Positions 53,064-62,574 of a stretch of 64,000 nucleotides of DNA are shown here, in pieces. The notes under the pieces were generated by a model, which did not search any database, was not told where the DNA came from, and was given only the letters and a program-made list of their open reading frames with translations. The stretch is from the IMG/VR virus record IMGVR_UViG_3300042922_001018, one strand, 5' to 3'. Made by a program: the position numbers and the translations under genes. Every line of letters begins with the position of its first letter. Position 1 is the first letter of the stretch. Source of the DNA: a virus. Its lineage: Duplodnaviria; Heunggongvirae; Uroviricota; Caudoviricetes.

Positions 53064-53792
53064 ATGCAGTATGCTGCAAAAACGCTGGCCGTCTTGTTGG
53101 CGACCGTTCTTCTGACGGGTTGCGCCACGACAGTTGAAGTCGCATCGCCGACAGTCACCGCGACGGCGAAGCCTTCTCCGGAACCGTCGCGGACAGCCAC
53201 ACCCACACCAGCCCCGGAGGTCGTGACCCCGCCTCCGGCGCCGGTGGCAGTCGGCGAGAACCTCACTGGACACCCGACCACCGACATTCAGAAAGCGCTT
53301 GGCGCTGCGGAGAACGGTGTCCTCGATGCGGAGACGACACGTCTGCTCAAAGAGTGGCAGTCATCTCACGGACTCGAACCGGATGGAGTCTTCGGACCTC
53401 GCTCCGCGTCCGTCATGTTCCCGCCGCCGGGTTACGAGGAGTGCATCAACCGCGTGGACCCTGCGCGGACAGCCCCGTGGGTCATCGGCCCGGCGCCGCA
53501 CTACGGGATGGTCGAAGACCTGGGTGGCGGCGCGATGAACGTCACGCTCGGCACCCACGTGCCCGAAGACCTTCGGTGCAGTGTGGTCGTCCACGAGTGG
53601 ATTCACATTCTGCAAATCCGGCAGATGGGAGGCCTGCGGCGCACCATGGACATCGTCGGCGGGCGCGGCGAGATGGAAGCCATCGCTGATTGTGGCGCTC
53701 TCGTGCTCGGTGCGACCTGGACCAACTACGGGTGCAACACAGACGGTCAGCGCGACTACGCAGCTCGGCTGCTCGCTGGTGAACGCTGGTAG
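53064..53792 (+). CDS. lipoprotein with PG_binding_1-like domain and HExxH metallopeptidase motif
   Basis: Lipobox LLTGC; TTRLLKEWQSSHGLEPDGVFGPRS (peptidoglycan-binding-like); VVHEWIHILQ (HExxH). Confidence 0.55.
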   Translation: MQYAAKTLAVLLATVLLTGCATTVEVASPTVTATAKPSPEPSRTATPTPAPEVVTPPPAPVAVGENLTGHPTTDIQKALGAAENGVLDAETTRLLKEWQSSHGLEPDGVFGPRSASVMFPPPGYEECINRVDPARTAPWVIGPAPHYGMVEDLGGGAMNVTLGTHVPEDLRCSVVVHEWIHILQIRQMGGLRRTMDIVGGRGEMEAIADCGALVLGATWTNYGCNTDGQRDYAARLLAGERW

Positions 53793-53793
53793 G

Positions 53794-54279
53794 TCAGTTG
53801 ACCCAGACCTGAGTCTCCTGGAGGTAGATTTGGCCTGTGCGGAGCCGTCGGCCGACACGGAGAGACAGCGGGTAGCTGCCCGTCATGACAAGCGCACCGT
53901 CCGGGTCTTCGTCAAGGAGGCGGCTCACGAGGTCGCTGACACGCACGGAGCCGTAGACGGAACGGGGGCGGTTTGCGATGTACTCATGTTTCGGCAGGAT
54001 GGTCAACCCGGTCTCGGGGTTCCAGGAGCCACCGGTTGCGGTCCAGACGTGCTCAATAGTGCCCGGCAAGAACTTCTGCCGTGCCACGTCTGAGGCATCC
54101 CACTGACCGACGCTGAGCTGCCAGACCGGCTGCGAACCCTCCACCATGGGGTTGTCCTGCTGGTACCAGAGCTGCGCGCGCTCATCCGGCGCATGACCCA
54201 GCAGCGCAAGGATGAGTTCGCGGACGGTGACCGACTTCGCTTCAAGCATGGGGCCATCGTACGCGCGACCGCACGTCAT
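53794..54279 (-). CDS. hypothetical protein (161 aa)
   Basis: Converges on the previous gene with a 1-nt gap. Confidence 0.45.
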   Translation of the reverse strand: MTCGRAYDGPMLEAKSVTVRELILALLGHAPDERAQLWYQQDNPMVEGSQPVWQLSVGQWDASDVARQKFLPGTIEHVWTATGGSWNPETGLTILPKHEYIANRPRSVYGSVRVSDLVSRLLDEDPDGALVMTGSYPLSLRVGRRLRTGQIYLQETQVWVN

Positions 54280-54989
54280 GTCAAGGCGAGCGCGTACTCC
54301 AAAGCGATGCCTTGTTCAGCGAACTGCTCTAAAGTCCCGATGGTGTAGCGTGCGTGCAGCATGGCTGCGTCTTCGGCGCGAGCGCCGGGCGACATTGCGC
54401 GGGCTGCCTGCATGAACCGCGACGCCATCCTTGGGCTGCCGGGGATGCGCAACGCCTCGAACAGCAAAGTATCGAAGTCGTCTGCCCGTTTCCAAACGGC
54501 CGGAGCCACGATGAGGTCCATGACTCGGGAGGTCTCAACGCCCGATGAGTTCAACGAGACGAACGCCGATTCGAGGCGGTCCAGGCGGTCGCCTTCAGTC
54601 AGGAAAGACAGACCCGGCCCGAAGGTGCACAGCCCATCGAACAGCGAGATGATGCGGAACTCGTCGTCGTCGCTCATCCCGACGAGCATGTTCGCGGGTG
54701 ACGGGTACGTCTGACCGGCGAACAGGCGACCGGTCTGGACGTTGTTCATCACACGGGTGAGCTGGTTCGCGCTCTCGGCGGCTTGGTCCAGCTCAGTCTT
54801 GTTCGCGAGGTACGCCTTCGCCCAGTACGGCGCGTACATGTCCGAGTTCGAGTATCGCGCTTCGGGAAGGAAGTGCCGGAGGTAGGACGCAGCGCTGCCG
54901 CGCTCCGATTCAGGGAGCGCGGCAGCGAGGGCGTCACGAGTCGGGGCGGAACCGGCGACCGTGGCGAGGTCGAAGCTGACGATAGGCAC
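54276..54989 (-). CDS. Array subfamily C-like protein, distant copy (237 aa)
   Basis: ...YWAKAYLANKTELDQAAE...EQFAEQGIALEYALALT; related to 22783/23639/24427. Confidence 0.5.
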   Translation of the reverse strand: MPIVSFDLATVAGSAPTRDALAAALPESERGSAASYLRHFLPEARYSNSDMYAPYWAKAYLANKTELDQAAESANQLTRVMNNVQTGRLFAGQTYPSPANMLVGMSDDDEFRIISLFDGLCTFGPGLSFLTEGDRLDRLESAFVSLNSSGVETSRVMDLIVAPAVWKRADDFDTLLFEALRIPGSPRMASRFMQAARAMSPGARAEDAAMLHARYTIGTLEQFAEQGIALEYALALT

Positions 54990-55008
54990 GTCGTCAGCTT
55001 ACAGGATG

Positions 55009-55536
55009 TCAGGCGGAAGCGCCACCCATGCTCGGCTGGAACGCCGGGCGCTCGGAGGCGGGGACCGGGGCGGCGACGGGAGCCGGGGCTTCCGAGAGCG
55101 TGCCGTCCTCGTTCCGGAAGGGCAGTCGCTTCCCGCTCGCGATGAGTTCTTCGAGCGCGGCCGTGGTGTTGTTCGGGATGATGCACGCGAACCGGTTGAA
55201 GGCACGTACGTTGTCCCGGAAGTCTTCGAGCTTCCCGACGTTGTTCAGCTCAGCGACCACACGTGCAGCGTGGAAAGCGTCAGCCCGGTCGAAATACTCC
55301 GCGGCGATGAGGATGGCTGTCGCGAACCGGTCGTTCTCAGGAATGTCGTACGCCGGAGCGGGCGAGAACTCCTGAAGGTCGAGGATGAGTCGGCCGAGAA
55401 CCTCTCCGCGAGGCTTGGCCTTGTCCTTGACAAGAGCGCGAACGACAGCTCGCGCAGTCTGCTGCTTGATGTCCGCGTTCTTCGTCTCGTCATCGACAAG
55501 AGCCTTCGCGGCCTTCTCCCAAAGTTCGTCTGTCAT
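55009..55536 (-). CDS. hypothetical protein (175 aa)
   Basis: Helical, Ala/Lys-rich. Confidence 0.45.
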   Translation of the reverse strand: MTDELWEKAAKALVDDETKNADIKQQTARAVVRALVKDKAKPRGEVLGRLILDLQEFSPAPAYDIPENDRFATAILIAAEYFDRADAFHAARVVAELNNVGKLEDFRDNVRAFNRFACIIPNNTTAALEELIASGKRLPFRNEDGTLSEAPAPVAAPVPASERPAFQPSMGGASA

Positions 55537-55541
55537 GTCGG

Positions 55542-56150
55542 TTAGCCTACCACGCGAACCGCTTCAGACCGACGGATAAGCGAGGGTGGGTCAAGGAGCC
55601 GAGCTGCTTCCCGATTCATCCGGTCCGCGCGGCTCTCCATGTCTTTCACGCGCGCGGCGCGCTGCGTCGTCAGGCGGACAGGTGTGTAGTCCGGGCCGGA
55701 GTGGATGGTTCGCCAGACCTCATGACGCAACTCGACTGCGTCATGTACGAGCTGCGCAGCCACCCAGTCTGCCGTATCCGTAGCATCCTCACTCCGGTAC
55801 ATGTTGCTCAGCAGGTAGGCTTCGCGTGTGTAATCCTTCGTGGCGTTTCTCAGACGTTCCCGAGCGCCGCTGCGAGCAGCGTAGAAGAACGCGATGCCCG
55901 CGAGCGGGCCGACGAAAATCGAGCCAAGCAGCGCAAGGCCTGCCCATCCTCCGTTGTTGGGGGAGACGAGAGATGCCATCAGCACCACCGTCGCGATTTC
56001 TACAGTGAACCCGAGAACGAATGCTGCTTTCACGAAGAGTCCCAGCTTACGCTCATACTTCGCGTCGGCGGATTTCACGATGTCGGTAGCACCGGGCTTG
56101 ACAGCGTGCAGAGAGACCGTCCCGTAGTCTGTTGGCAGATTCAGCAGCAT
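55542..56150 (-). CDS. membrane protein (2 TM), paralogue of 56610-57164
   Basis: MLLNLPTDYGTVSLHAVKPG vs MLLDLPTPSGFVVMHAVEPG; two TM helices. Confidence 0.5.
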   Translation of the reverse strand: MLLNLPTDYGTVSLHAVKPGATDIVKSADAKYERKLGLFVKAAFVLGFTVEIATVVLMASLVSPNNGGWAGLALLGSIFVGPLAGIAFFYAARSGARERLRNATKDYTREAYLLSNMYRSEDATDTADWVAAQLVHDAVELRHEVWRTIHSGPDYTPVRLTTQRAARVKDMESRADRMNREAARLLDPPSLIRRSEAVRVVG

Positions 56151-56187
56151 GCCGCCATCCTACCACCAGTTGAGATGAGAAGCTCAA

Positions 56188-56613
56188 TCAGTCGTGAGGA
56201 GCGTAAACCTGGAGGAACTGCGGGGTTCCCGAACCGTCAAGCTGGACGGTTCCCCGTACCGTCTGGTCGTCCAACGTCACGAAATCGGCTTCACGGCCGA
56301 GACGGATTTCACGGGTAGGGATGACCCGGTAGCGAAGGAACACTTCGTCCTGGAGTCGCTCCGTGAGGCGGGCCACAAGCCGTGCGTCGTACATGTCCCG
56401 CTTGGTGGCCGAACGGAGCGCGAGCAGCGCGAGGATGGCGGATGCGGCGAACATCCCGACAGCGTAGACAGACACCACGACCATGAACACAGCGCCGATG
56501 AACGCGCCGAAGGTCGCTACGAGGAGCGTCCCGGCCCCAAGCTGGAGACTGACGAAACGGACACGCTCATCCTCGGTGAGAAGAGACCGGAGGGTGAGAA
56601 GCTCAGGAGTCAT
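56188..56613 (-). CDS. membrane protein, possible bacterial PH (bPH_2/YdbS-like) domain
   Basis: Two N-terminal TMs then ~80-aa beta-rich domain RYRVIPTREIRLGREADFVTLDDQTVRGTV. Confidence 0.4.
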   Translation of the reverse strand: MTPELLTLRSLLTEDERVRFVSLQLGAGTLLVATFGAFIGAVFMVVVSVYAVGMFAASAILALLALRSATKRDMYDARLVARLTERLQDEVFLRYRVIPTREIRLGREADFVTLDDQTVRGTVQLDGSGTPQFLQVYAPHD

Positions 56614-57164
56614 CGGGCGAGCGCTTCCTCTGTGAGAACGAGACGTTCCGCTTCCTCACCCAGAGCGTCCGCGTGGTCATGCATCGCTTCCCGCTCAGTT
56701 TCGGGGATGGAGCCTTCCATCTCATCGGCACGGTCTTCGAGGTCCATGGCTTCCTTGTACAGGTTCGCGGCTGCCCAGTGCTCCTGGTCCGTGCTGTCCG
56801 GCCGCACGCCGCTTCGGAACGGCGTCGCGATGCAGACGTGCCCAGCGATGGCCTCTCCGAACTTCCGGCGAGCAGCGGTCTCCTGACGCTGGAGGAAAGC
56901 GAATCCGCAGAAGATGATGAGGAACGCGGGGATGATGGAGAAGACAACGACGGCGCCCGTCTCATGCCCGGCGCCCACTGCAAGGAGGCCACTTGCGGAG
57001 GAGATGACTCCGGCGGCGACGAACCAGCCGATTGTCCCCCAGCGCTTCGCCGTAGCAGTACGCTTCTCGAACTCATCTGCACGCGTTCGGACATACTCGA
57101 CGCTGCCCGGTTCGACGGCATGCATGACCACGAAACCGGATGGAGTGGGAAGGTCCAGAAGCAT
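56610..57164 (-). CDS. membrane protein (2 TM), paralogue of 55542-56150
   Basis: Shared N-terminus and topology. Confidence 0.5.
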   Translation of the reverse strand: MLLDLPTPSGFVVMHAVEPGSVEYVRTRADEFEKRTATAKRWGTIGWFVAAGVISSASGLLAVGAGHETGAVVVFSIIPAFLIIFCGFAFLQRQETAARRKFGEAIAGHVCIATPFRSGVRPDSTDQEHWAAANLYKEAMDLEDRADEMEGSIPETEREAMHDHADALGEEAERLVLTEEALAR

Positions 57165-57229
57165 GGGTTCACCCTACCATACGGGGAGACGCCCCACCCG
57201 GAGCCAGGTGGGGCGTCTCATGGAGAAGG

Positions 57230-57730
57230 TCAGTTCGGGAAGATGACGTACTTGTACGCCGCGCCCTCCGGCAGGTTAGCCGGGTCCGACTCAATCATGA
57301 TGTTGTACTCGGTCTTGGCCGCGGCGACCATCACGTCGCCACCCGAGATGATGAAGCCGTTCGCCTCGAAGACCGGGATGAGATTCATCACGTCTTCAGG
57401 GGTGCCGGAGAACGCGATTTCCATGCCACCGTCAACGGGAGCGTAGGTCTCGACGAGCGCGTTGTCACCGTAGACCGGGATGCCCGCCGGGAAGTCGGCG
57501 GGCAGGTTCGACATGCCATCGCCCGAGATGGAGATGGCCGGGTCCATCGCGGCGGGGTCCGTGGCGCCAGGGTCGGTCGTGCCGCCGACTTCACCCGTGT
57601 CGGTGGGCATGGTTTCGGGCTGGGTGACCCCCGGTTCGGTGGCGGCGGGTTCCTCGGCTGCGGGAGTGCAACCAGCGAAAAGCAGGGCGGCGGCAAGAGC
57701 CGCGGGTGCGATGAGAAGTTTCTTGTTCAT
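57230..57730 (-). CDS. small lipoprotein (166 aa)
   Basis: MNKKLLIAPAALAAALLFAGC lipobox. Confidence 0.55.
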   Translation of the reverse strand: MNKKLLIAPAALAAALLFAGCTPAAEEPAATEPGVTQPETMPTDTGEVGGTTDPGATDPAAMDPAISISGDGMSNLPADFPAGIPVYGDNALVETYAPVDGGMEIAFSGTPEDVMNLIPVFEANGFIISGGDVMVAAAKTEYNIMIESDPANLPEGAAYKYVIFPN

Positions 57731-57774
57731 GGGTCTATCCTACACCTGTTCGGCCCGCGATGAGGACGGACCAG

Positions 57775-58236
57775 TCAGCGCTTCACGATGACGGCGGTGT
57801 AGCCAGCACCCGACGGGTCGCCCGTCACCGGGTAGAACGCGACGCGGTAGTTCTCATTCTCAGCGTAGTGGACCTCGCCTTCCGTGGGTACCACGTACCC
57901 GACTTCTTCGAGACCCGCTACAGCCGTTTTCGGGTCGGCGCTGACTTCCCAACCGTCGGTCTCCATCGCGGAGAGCACACGTTCAGGTACGTCCGCAATG
58001 TCACCCTTGAACAGGACCGTGTACCCGATGTCGGTCTTCTCATAGGTCTCCGGAAGGATGTTCTCAGTGATGAGCGGCACCTCGACGGGGAGGTCAAGCC
58101 CTTCGGCCGGGTTCGGTGCGACCGTCTCTGCCGGAGCCGTCGGCGCCATCTCGGTTTCGGTCGGCGCCGTGCAGCCCGTGAGGGCAAGGCCCGCGGCCAG
58201 GATGAGGGCGGGTACGAGAAGAAGCTTCTTGGTCAT
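57775..58236 (-). CDS. small lipoprotein (153 aa), paralogue of 57230-57730
   Basis: MTKKLLLVPALILAAGLALTGC lipobox. Confidence 0.55.
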   Translation of the reverse strand: MTKKLLLVPALILAAGLALTGCTAPTETEMAPTAPAETVAPNPAEGLDLPVEVPLITENILPETYEKTDIGYTVLFKGDIADVPERVLSAMETDGWEVSADPKTAVAGLEEVGYVVPTEGEVHYAENENYRVAFYPVTGDPSGAGYTAVIVKR

Positions 58237-58252
58237 GATGCCATCATACCAG

Positions 58253-59341
58253 TCACGCTAGCTGACGGAACTGCGTCGTCATCGGGCAAGAGAACGGGTC
58301 GCTGTCCCGCAGGCCAACACGGTTGAGGTACTTCATCACGATGTTGTACGACTCGAACAGACCCGTCTCGACATACGAAATGTTGTGCTCTGCGCAGAAC
58401 TCTCGGACGATTGCCTGCGCCTTCCGGAGACTCGGTCGCGGCATCGACGGGAAGAGGTGATGCTCAATCTGATAGTTCAGGCCACCCATGAGGTTGTCCA
58501 CCAGCCAGTTCGAGCGGATGTCGCGTGAGGTGAGAACCTGACGACGCAGGTAGTCCACCTTCAAGTCCTTCGGGATGATGGGCATGCCCTTGTGGTTCGG
58601 AGCGAACGCGCCGCCCATGAACAGGCCAGTGACCGCCATCTGGATGAGCACGAACCCGACGGCGATGAACGGGTTGAATAGGAACAGCAACGCAGCGAGC
58701 GGGACGAAGATGCGAAGGGCGATGAGACCCAGTTCCAGCCAGCGGCTGTCCAGCTTGGCGCTCTTCGAGAGCAAGCTCCGCACAGAGTTCGCCAGCAAGT
58801 CGAACATGGTGAACAGCAGAAGGAACGGGAACAGGTAGCCCTGGTGGCGGGTGAGGAAACCCATCACAGGGCCGCGCGCCTTCGCGTCGTAGTCATCCGA
58901 CGTGAACGCGAGGACAGGGATAGTGATGTCCGGGTCTCGGCCGACAGTGTTCGGGTTCGCATGGTGCAGGCTGTGCTTCTTCTTGTCCCACCAGCCGTAC
59001 GAAAGTCCCACGAACAGGTTCGCGGTGATGAGAGCGAACCACTTGTTCGCCTTGTTCGAGTTGAAGACCTGCTTGTGCGCGGACTCGTGCGCGAGGAACC
59101 CGTACTGCGCCGTGAGGATGCCGATGACCGGCGCGAGCAGTAGCGCCCAGGGCGTACCGGCGAGAAGGAGCACTCCCGCCCACGTGATGAGCGAGAGAAC
59201 GGTCACGCCGATGAACTTCCGCATGTAGAACGGGACGTTCTTCTTCAGCAGACCAGCGTCGCGGATACGAGTGGACAGGTCGGCGTAGATACTCTTGACG
59301 CGTTCGGTATCCGCGGTCGGGCGAGTTGAGATGATGGTCAT
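58253..59341 (-). CDS. membrane fatty-acid desaturase
   Basis: Three His boxes HESAH, HSLHH, QIEHH; multiple TMs; 362 aa. Confidence 0.8.
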   Translation of the reverse strand: MTIISTRPTADTERVKSIYADLSTRIRDAGLLKKNVPFYMRKFIGVTVLSLITWAGVLLLAGTPWALLLAPVIGILTAQYGFLAHESAHKQVFNSNKANKWFALITANLFVGLSYGWWDKKKHSLHHANPNTVGRDPDITIPVLAFTSDDYDAKARGPVMGFLTRHQGYLFPFLLLFTMFDLLANSVRSLLSKSAKLDSRWLELGLIALRIFVPLAALLFLFNPFIAVGFVLIQMAVTGLFMGGAFAPNHKGMPIIPKDLKVDYLRRQVLTSRDIRSNWLVDNLMGGLNYQIEHHLFPSMPRPSLRKAQAIVREFCAEHNISYVETGLFESYNIVMKYLNRVGLRDSDPFSCPMTTQFRQLA

Positions 59342-59463
59342 GCAGAAAGGCTCCAGGTCGTGCGACGCACGAGGGGTGCCGCTGTCCTCAGTCTAGCGTA
59401 CGAGCTTCATGTATGTCGGCATCAACATGTGACAACGGTCTACGAAGGTGGTAGACTGGCGCC

Positions 59464-59910
59464 ATGACGAACACGACGACTCCGCTCACGTTCTCGCTCG
59501 ATGCCATCATCTCCCACCCGGAGAACAAGACCGCCTGGGGCTGGGAGCTGGAGAATGCGTGGGGCATCGTCGGTCTCCCGCGTACGACTGACGGGGAGAA
59601 GCCCGCGGATGGTGAGTACGTCACTCCCTGGACCATCGACTTCAGCTCCACCGTCACCATCGAGTTTGACGAGGAGCGCGGAGAAGTCACGCTCTCCGTC
59701 ACCCACCTGGATGAGTCTGTGGAGGACGAGAGCGACGATGAGCGCTGGCGTTGCCTCGGCGGCAGCCTCGCGCTGTACACCGGCAGCAATGCTCTCCCCG
59801 AGAAGGGTGACGAGCTGTTCTTCTTCGGGAAGGCGGAGTGGCTCGCGGTGAAGAGCTTCGTGCACCAGGGTACGGTCTTCTACGCCGCGCTATCCGGCTA
59901 CGAGGACTGA
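59464..59910 (+). CDS. hypothetical protein (148 aa)
   Basis: ORF, acidic. Confidence 0.45.
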   Translation: MTNTTTPLTFSLDAIISHPENKTAWGWELENAWGIVGLPRTTDGEKPADGEYVTPWTIDFSSTVTIEFDEERGEVTLSVTHLDESVEDESDDERWRCLGGSLALYTGSNALPEKGDELFFFGKAEWLAVKSFVHQGTVFYAALSGYED

Positions 59911-59914
59911 CACC

Positions 59915-60244
59915 ATGACTACCGCCATCCAGGAAGCGCAGGCCCGCGCTGAGTATCTGCTCACCGACTCAACGAGTCTAATGGGAACGATGGCGCAGCG
60001 GTTCGCCGAAGAGTTCGCCGCCAACCCTGACGACCAGAAGGCGCACGCCCGAGCGGCCCGCACCGAGCAGATGTACAGGGCGGCTTGCTACCTTCGACTG
60101 AGACGGGACGCTATCCTGGACATCACGACGCAGGCCGAGGCGACAGCGCTCCGTGCGACCTTCGACTACGAGGACACGGAGACGCTCGACCTCATCTGGC
60201 GAGGATACGTCCACGAAGCGTTCTCCAAGCTCCCCGTCGCCTGA
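59915..60244 (+). CDS. hypothetical protein (109 aa)
   Basis: ORF. Confidence 0.45.
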   Translation: MTTAIQEAQARAEYLLTDSTSLMGTMAQRFAEEFAANPDDQKAHARAARTEQMYRAACYLRLRRDAILDITTQAEATALRATFDYEDTETLDLIWRGYVHEAFSKLPVA

Positions 60245-60291
60245 CGACTCTACCGCTTGCGTGGTGAAGTCTGCCCGTGTACACTGGGGAC

Positions 60292-60711
60292 ATGACTTTC
60301 AACGAAGCAGAAACCGCACGCGACACCGAGGGTAAGTTCGCCCCGAAGACCGGCGCTGCCGCAGAGGTCGCGCTCGACGACGACGAGGTGGCGTTCTACC
60401 GGCGCGAGGTAGCGGAATCGTTCGAGCGCGGCATCATCACCCTCACCGACATGGTTGAGACCGCCAAGGAGCGTACCGCCCACCCTACGCGCCTCATCGG
60501 CAAGCGCGACGGCCTGGTCAAGGTCTGGGAGCGCCAGGGCGACCGCATCCAGAACGCGAAGAGCCTGCATGATGTCGCCGCCATCATCGGCTTCATCCGC
60601 CTGGAATCGCCCTCGGAGCCGGACGCCGCCGAAGGCGAGAAGGAAGGCGAAGAACTCGCCATCAGCTACCTGCGTGGTCTCGCGCGTCACCTTCCTGACG
60701 ACGGGAAGTGA
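60292..60711 (+). CDS. N-terminal-leader family protein, degenerate leader (139 aa)
   Basis: MTFNEAETARDTEGKFAPKTGAAAEVALDDDE; the track's GTG 60277 is an upstream extension. Confidence 0.55.
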   Translation: MTFNEAETARDTEGKFAPKTGAAAEVALDDDEVAFYRREVAESFERGIITLTDMVETAKERTAHPTRLIGKRDGLVKVWERQGDRIQNAKSLHDVAAIIGFIRLESPSEPDAAEGEKEGEELAISYLRGLARHLPDDGK

Positions 60712-60766
60712 GACAACGAGAAGCGGCCCACCTCAACGCGAGGTGGGCCGCTTCTCTGTGGGCGGG

Positions 60767-61036
60767 TCAGCTCGCGGCGTTCGCCTTCTCGATGACGAGG
60801 TCGGCTGCCGTCTGTGCGAGGTCAACGGCCTTCTGAAGCTGGATGGCAAGAGAAGCCCCGATGATGCGGTCCGAGATGGACTGCGCGAGGTCAGCGGCCT
60901 GCTGGACAGACTCGCCGAGGGTGGACGCGGACGGCGCTGGCGCGGGGGTTGCCGCCATCGCGGGCGAAGCGCCACCGAGCGTAAGAACGCCCGCGACGAG
61001 GAGGGAGGCGGGGACGAGTGCAAGCTTCTTGTTCAT
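60767..61036 (-). CDS. small secreted protein (~89 aa)
   Basis: MNKKLALVPASLLVAGVLTLGGASPAMA signal peptide; Ala/Gln-rich helical. Confidence 0.45.
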   Translation of the reverse strand: MNKKLALVPASLLVAGVLTLGGASPAMAATPAPAPSASTLGESVQQAADLAQSISDRIIGASLAIQLQKAVDLAQTAADLVIEKANAAS

Positions 61037-61046
61037 GTTCAGCAGT

Positions 61047-61631
61047 CTACACGGAGGTATCCGGATAGGCGGCGGCGTAGGCCGCGAACCGTGGTCCGCC
61101 ACGCATGAGCTGGTCGTGGAGATGACCGAAGTCCACGGAGAGACCGCGCGCGTGAATCTCCGACACGATGCGCTCAGCGGTCCACCGCTCCGAACGCATG
61201 ATGTTGTCGTAGTCGTCGTAGTCCTGGCTGGCTGCGCGGTCGTGGAGGGCGTTGACCTTGTGGCAGACGGCGTCTTCCTCCGCGTAGACGAGACCCCACT
61301 CCTTGTCCTCTACCGGCTCCAGCAGACGAGGGATGACCGCGAGGTCAACCAGAATCGGGAACTCCCCAAGCTCGACGCTGAGGCGGCGCCAGGTCTCACC
61401 GCGGCTCACCTCGAACACGAGAGCGCCCATGCCACGCAGCAAGGTCATCAGCTCCAGCGTCGCCTCGTCGAGCTTCCCGTCCTCCAGCGTGTTGGCCGCG
61501 AAGTCGAGGTCTACATGCGGCCGGTTGACGAGACCATGCGCTCGGAGCGCGAACCCGCCGTTGAGAGCGAAACCGTACGGGTTCAGGGTCTTACCTGCGG
61601 TGAGCGCGAGCGTCTGGAACTCGGTGAACAT
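61047..61631 (-). CDS. nucleotidyltransferase, AbiEii/DUF1814-like (194 aa)
   Basis: GGFALRAHGLVNRPHVDLDF (GG.AL..G..R.T.DLD polymerase-beta-like NTase motif); no obvious AbiEi partner. Confidence 0.5.
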   Translation of the reverse strand: MFTEFQTLALTAGKTLNPYGFALNGGFALRAHGLVNRPHVDLDFAANTLEDGKLDEATLELMTLLRGMGALVFEVSRGETWRRLSVELGEFPILVDLAVIPRLLEPVEDKEWGLVYAEEDAVCHKVNALHDRAASQDYDDYDNIMRSERWTAERIVSEIHARGLSVDFGHLHDQLMRGGPRFAAYAAAYPDTSV

Positions 61632-61667
61632 GTCCCGAGTCTAACATGCGCCGGAGCCGAATCACCG

Positions 61668-61988
61668 TCAGGGCGTGAGACGAGCGATGAGCGACTTCTC
61701 GGACTGCATTTCGGTGATGAACTCGTCAAGCCCGTTGACCCTCCCCTCAAAGGACACGGAGTAGACTTTGCGCGCCGTGTACGGGTCGGTGTAGCTGCGG
61801 TCCTGACCGGTAATGCCCTGCTCGGCGAGGAACGCAAGAACGCGGGTGACCTCGCGGAGGTTCTTCAGGTCCGGTGTGAAGCGCTCACGTGGTGCGGGAC
61901 TCCAGGAGGCAATGAACCAGACGACCGTGAGAACGGCGGCAATAACGACTCCGGTAAGGAAGAACTGCTGGATGGCTTCGCTGGTCAT
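61668..61988 (-). CDS. small membrane protein (106 aa)
   Basis: N-terminal TM LTGVVIAAVLTVVWFIASW. Confidence 0.4.
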   Translation of the reverse strand: MTSEAIQQFFLTGVVIAAVLTVVWFIASWSPAPRERFTPDLKNLREVTRVLAFLAEQGITGQDRSYTDPYTARKVYSVSFEGRVNGLDEFITEMQSEKSLIARLTP

Positions 61989-62028
61989 GACATCATGCTA
62001 ACGCCATCCGGCTGCGAGTGTCAACTCG

Positions 62029-62301
62029 TCAGAGGTACTTCTCGTACCGCTCTTGGAACTCGGCCGGGAGCTGCTCGATGAGCGGTCGCGCCATCTCGCG
62101 GAGCTTAGCGTCCACGCGGGTTCCGATGGCCTCACCGTTGATGAACATGTTGGTGTCCGGCTGGAACTCTCTGACGCACTCGTCGATGAAATCCTGACCG
62201 TACTCCGGCTGGATGAGAAGCTCGATGATGGCGAAGTTCACGGCGTGCAAGGAAGCCTGCTCGTGAGTCGCGAGTTCGGTCGGCGTTGCGGTCATGGGCA
62301 C
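62029..62301 (-). CDS. hypothetical protein (90 aa)
   Basis: ORF. Confidence 0.4.
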   Translation of the reverse strand: MPMTATPTELATHEQASLHAVNFAIIELLIQPEYGQDFIDECVREFQPDTNMFINGEAIGTRVDAKLREMARPLIEQLPAEFQERYEKYL

Positions 62302-62372
62302 ACTCTACCACGCGGCGAGATGACTGGTCAACTGAGTTGACGGCGCCGTGACGTCTGCGCTACGCTATCTCC

Positions 62373-62552
62373 ATGCTCACGACGAACGTCCCGCTGGCCC
62401 GCGCACACGGGGTCATCTACTCGTACGACGAGGAGACCTGCGACATCTCGCTGCCCGATGGCTCCGCCGGTCTCCGGCTTCGAGGACTGTTCAACGGCGA
62501 GACGTTCGACTTCCCGAAGGGCGAGGTCGTCATCGTCTCGATGACTCCCTGA
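62373..62552 (+). CDS. possible small protein (59 aa)
   Basis: MLTTNVPLARAHGVIYSYDEETCDISLPDGSAGLRLRGLFNGETFDFPKGEVVIVSMTP; very high GC3; not in the track. Confidence 0.35.
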   Translation: MLTTNVPLARAHGVIYSYDEETCDISLPDGSAGLRLRGLFNGETFDFPKGEVVIVSMTP

Positions 62553-62574
62553 AAACGCGTGGTAGGCTCGAACC

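Noticed and set aside
60843-62081. 412-aa plus-strand ORF
   Set aside because: Antisense to minus-strand genes 61047-61988; Arg/Gly/Glu low-complexity.
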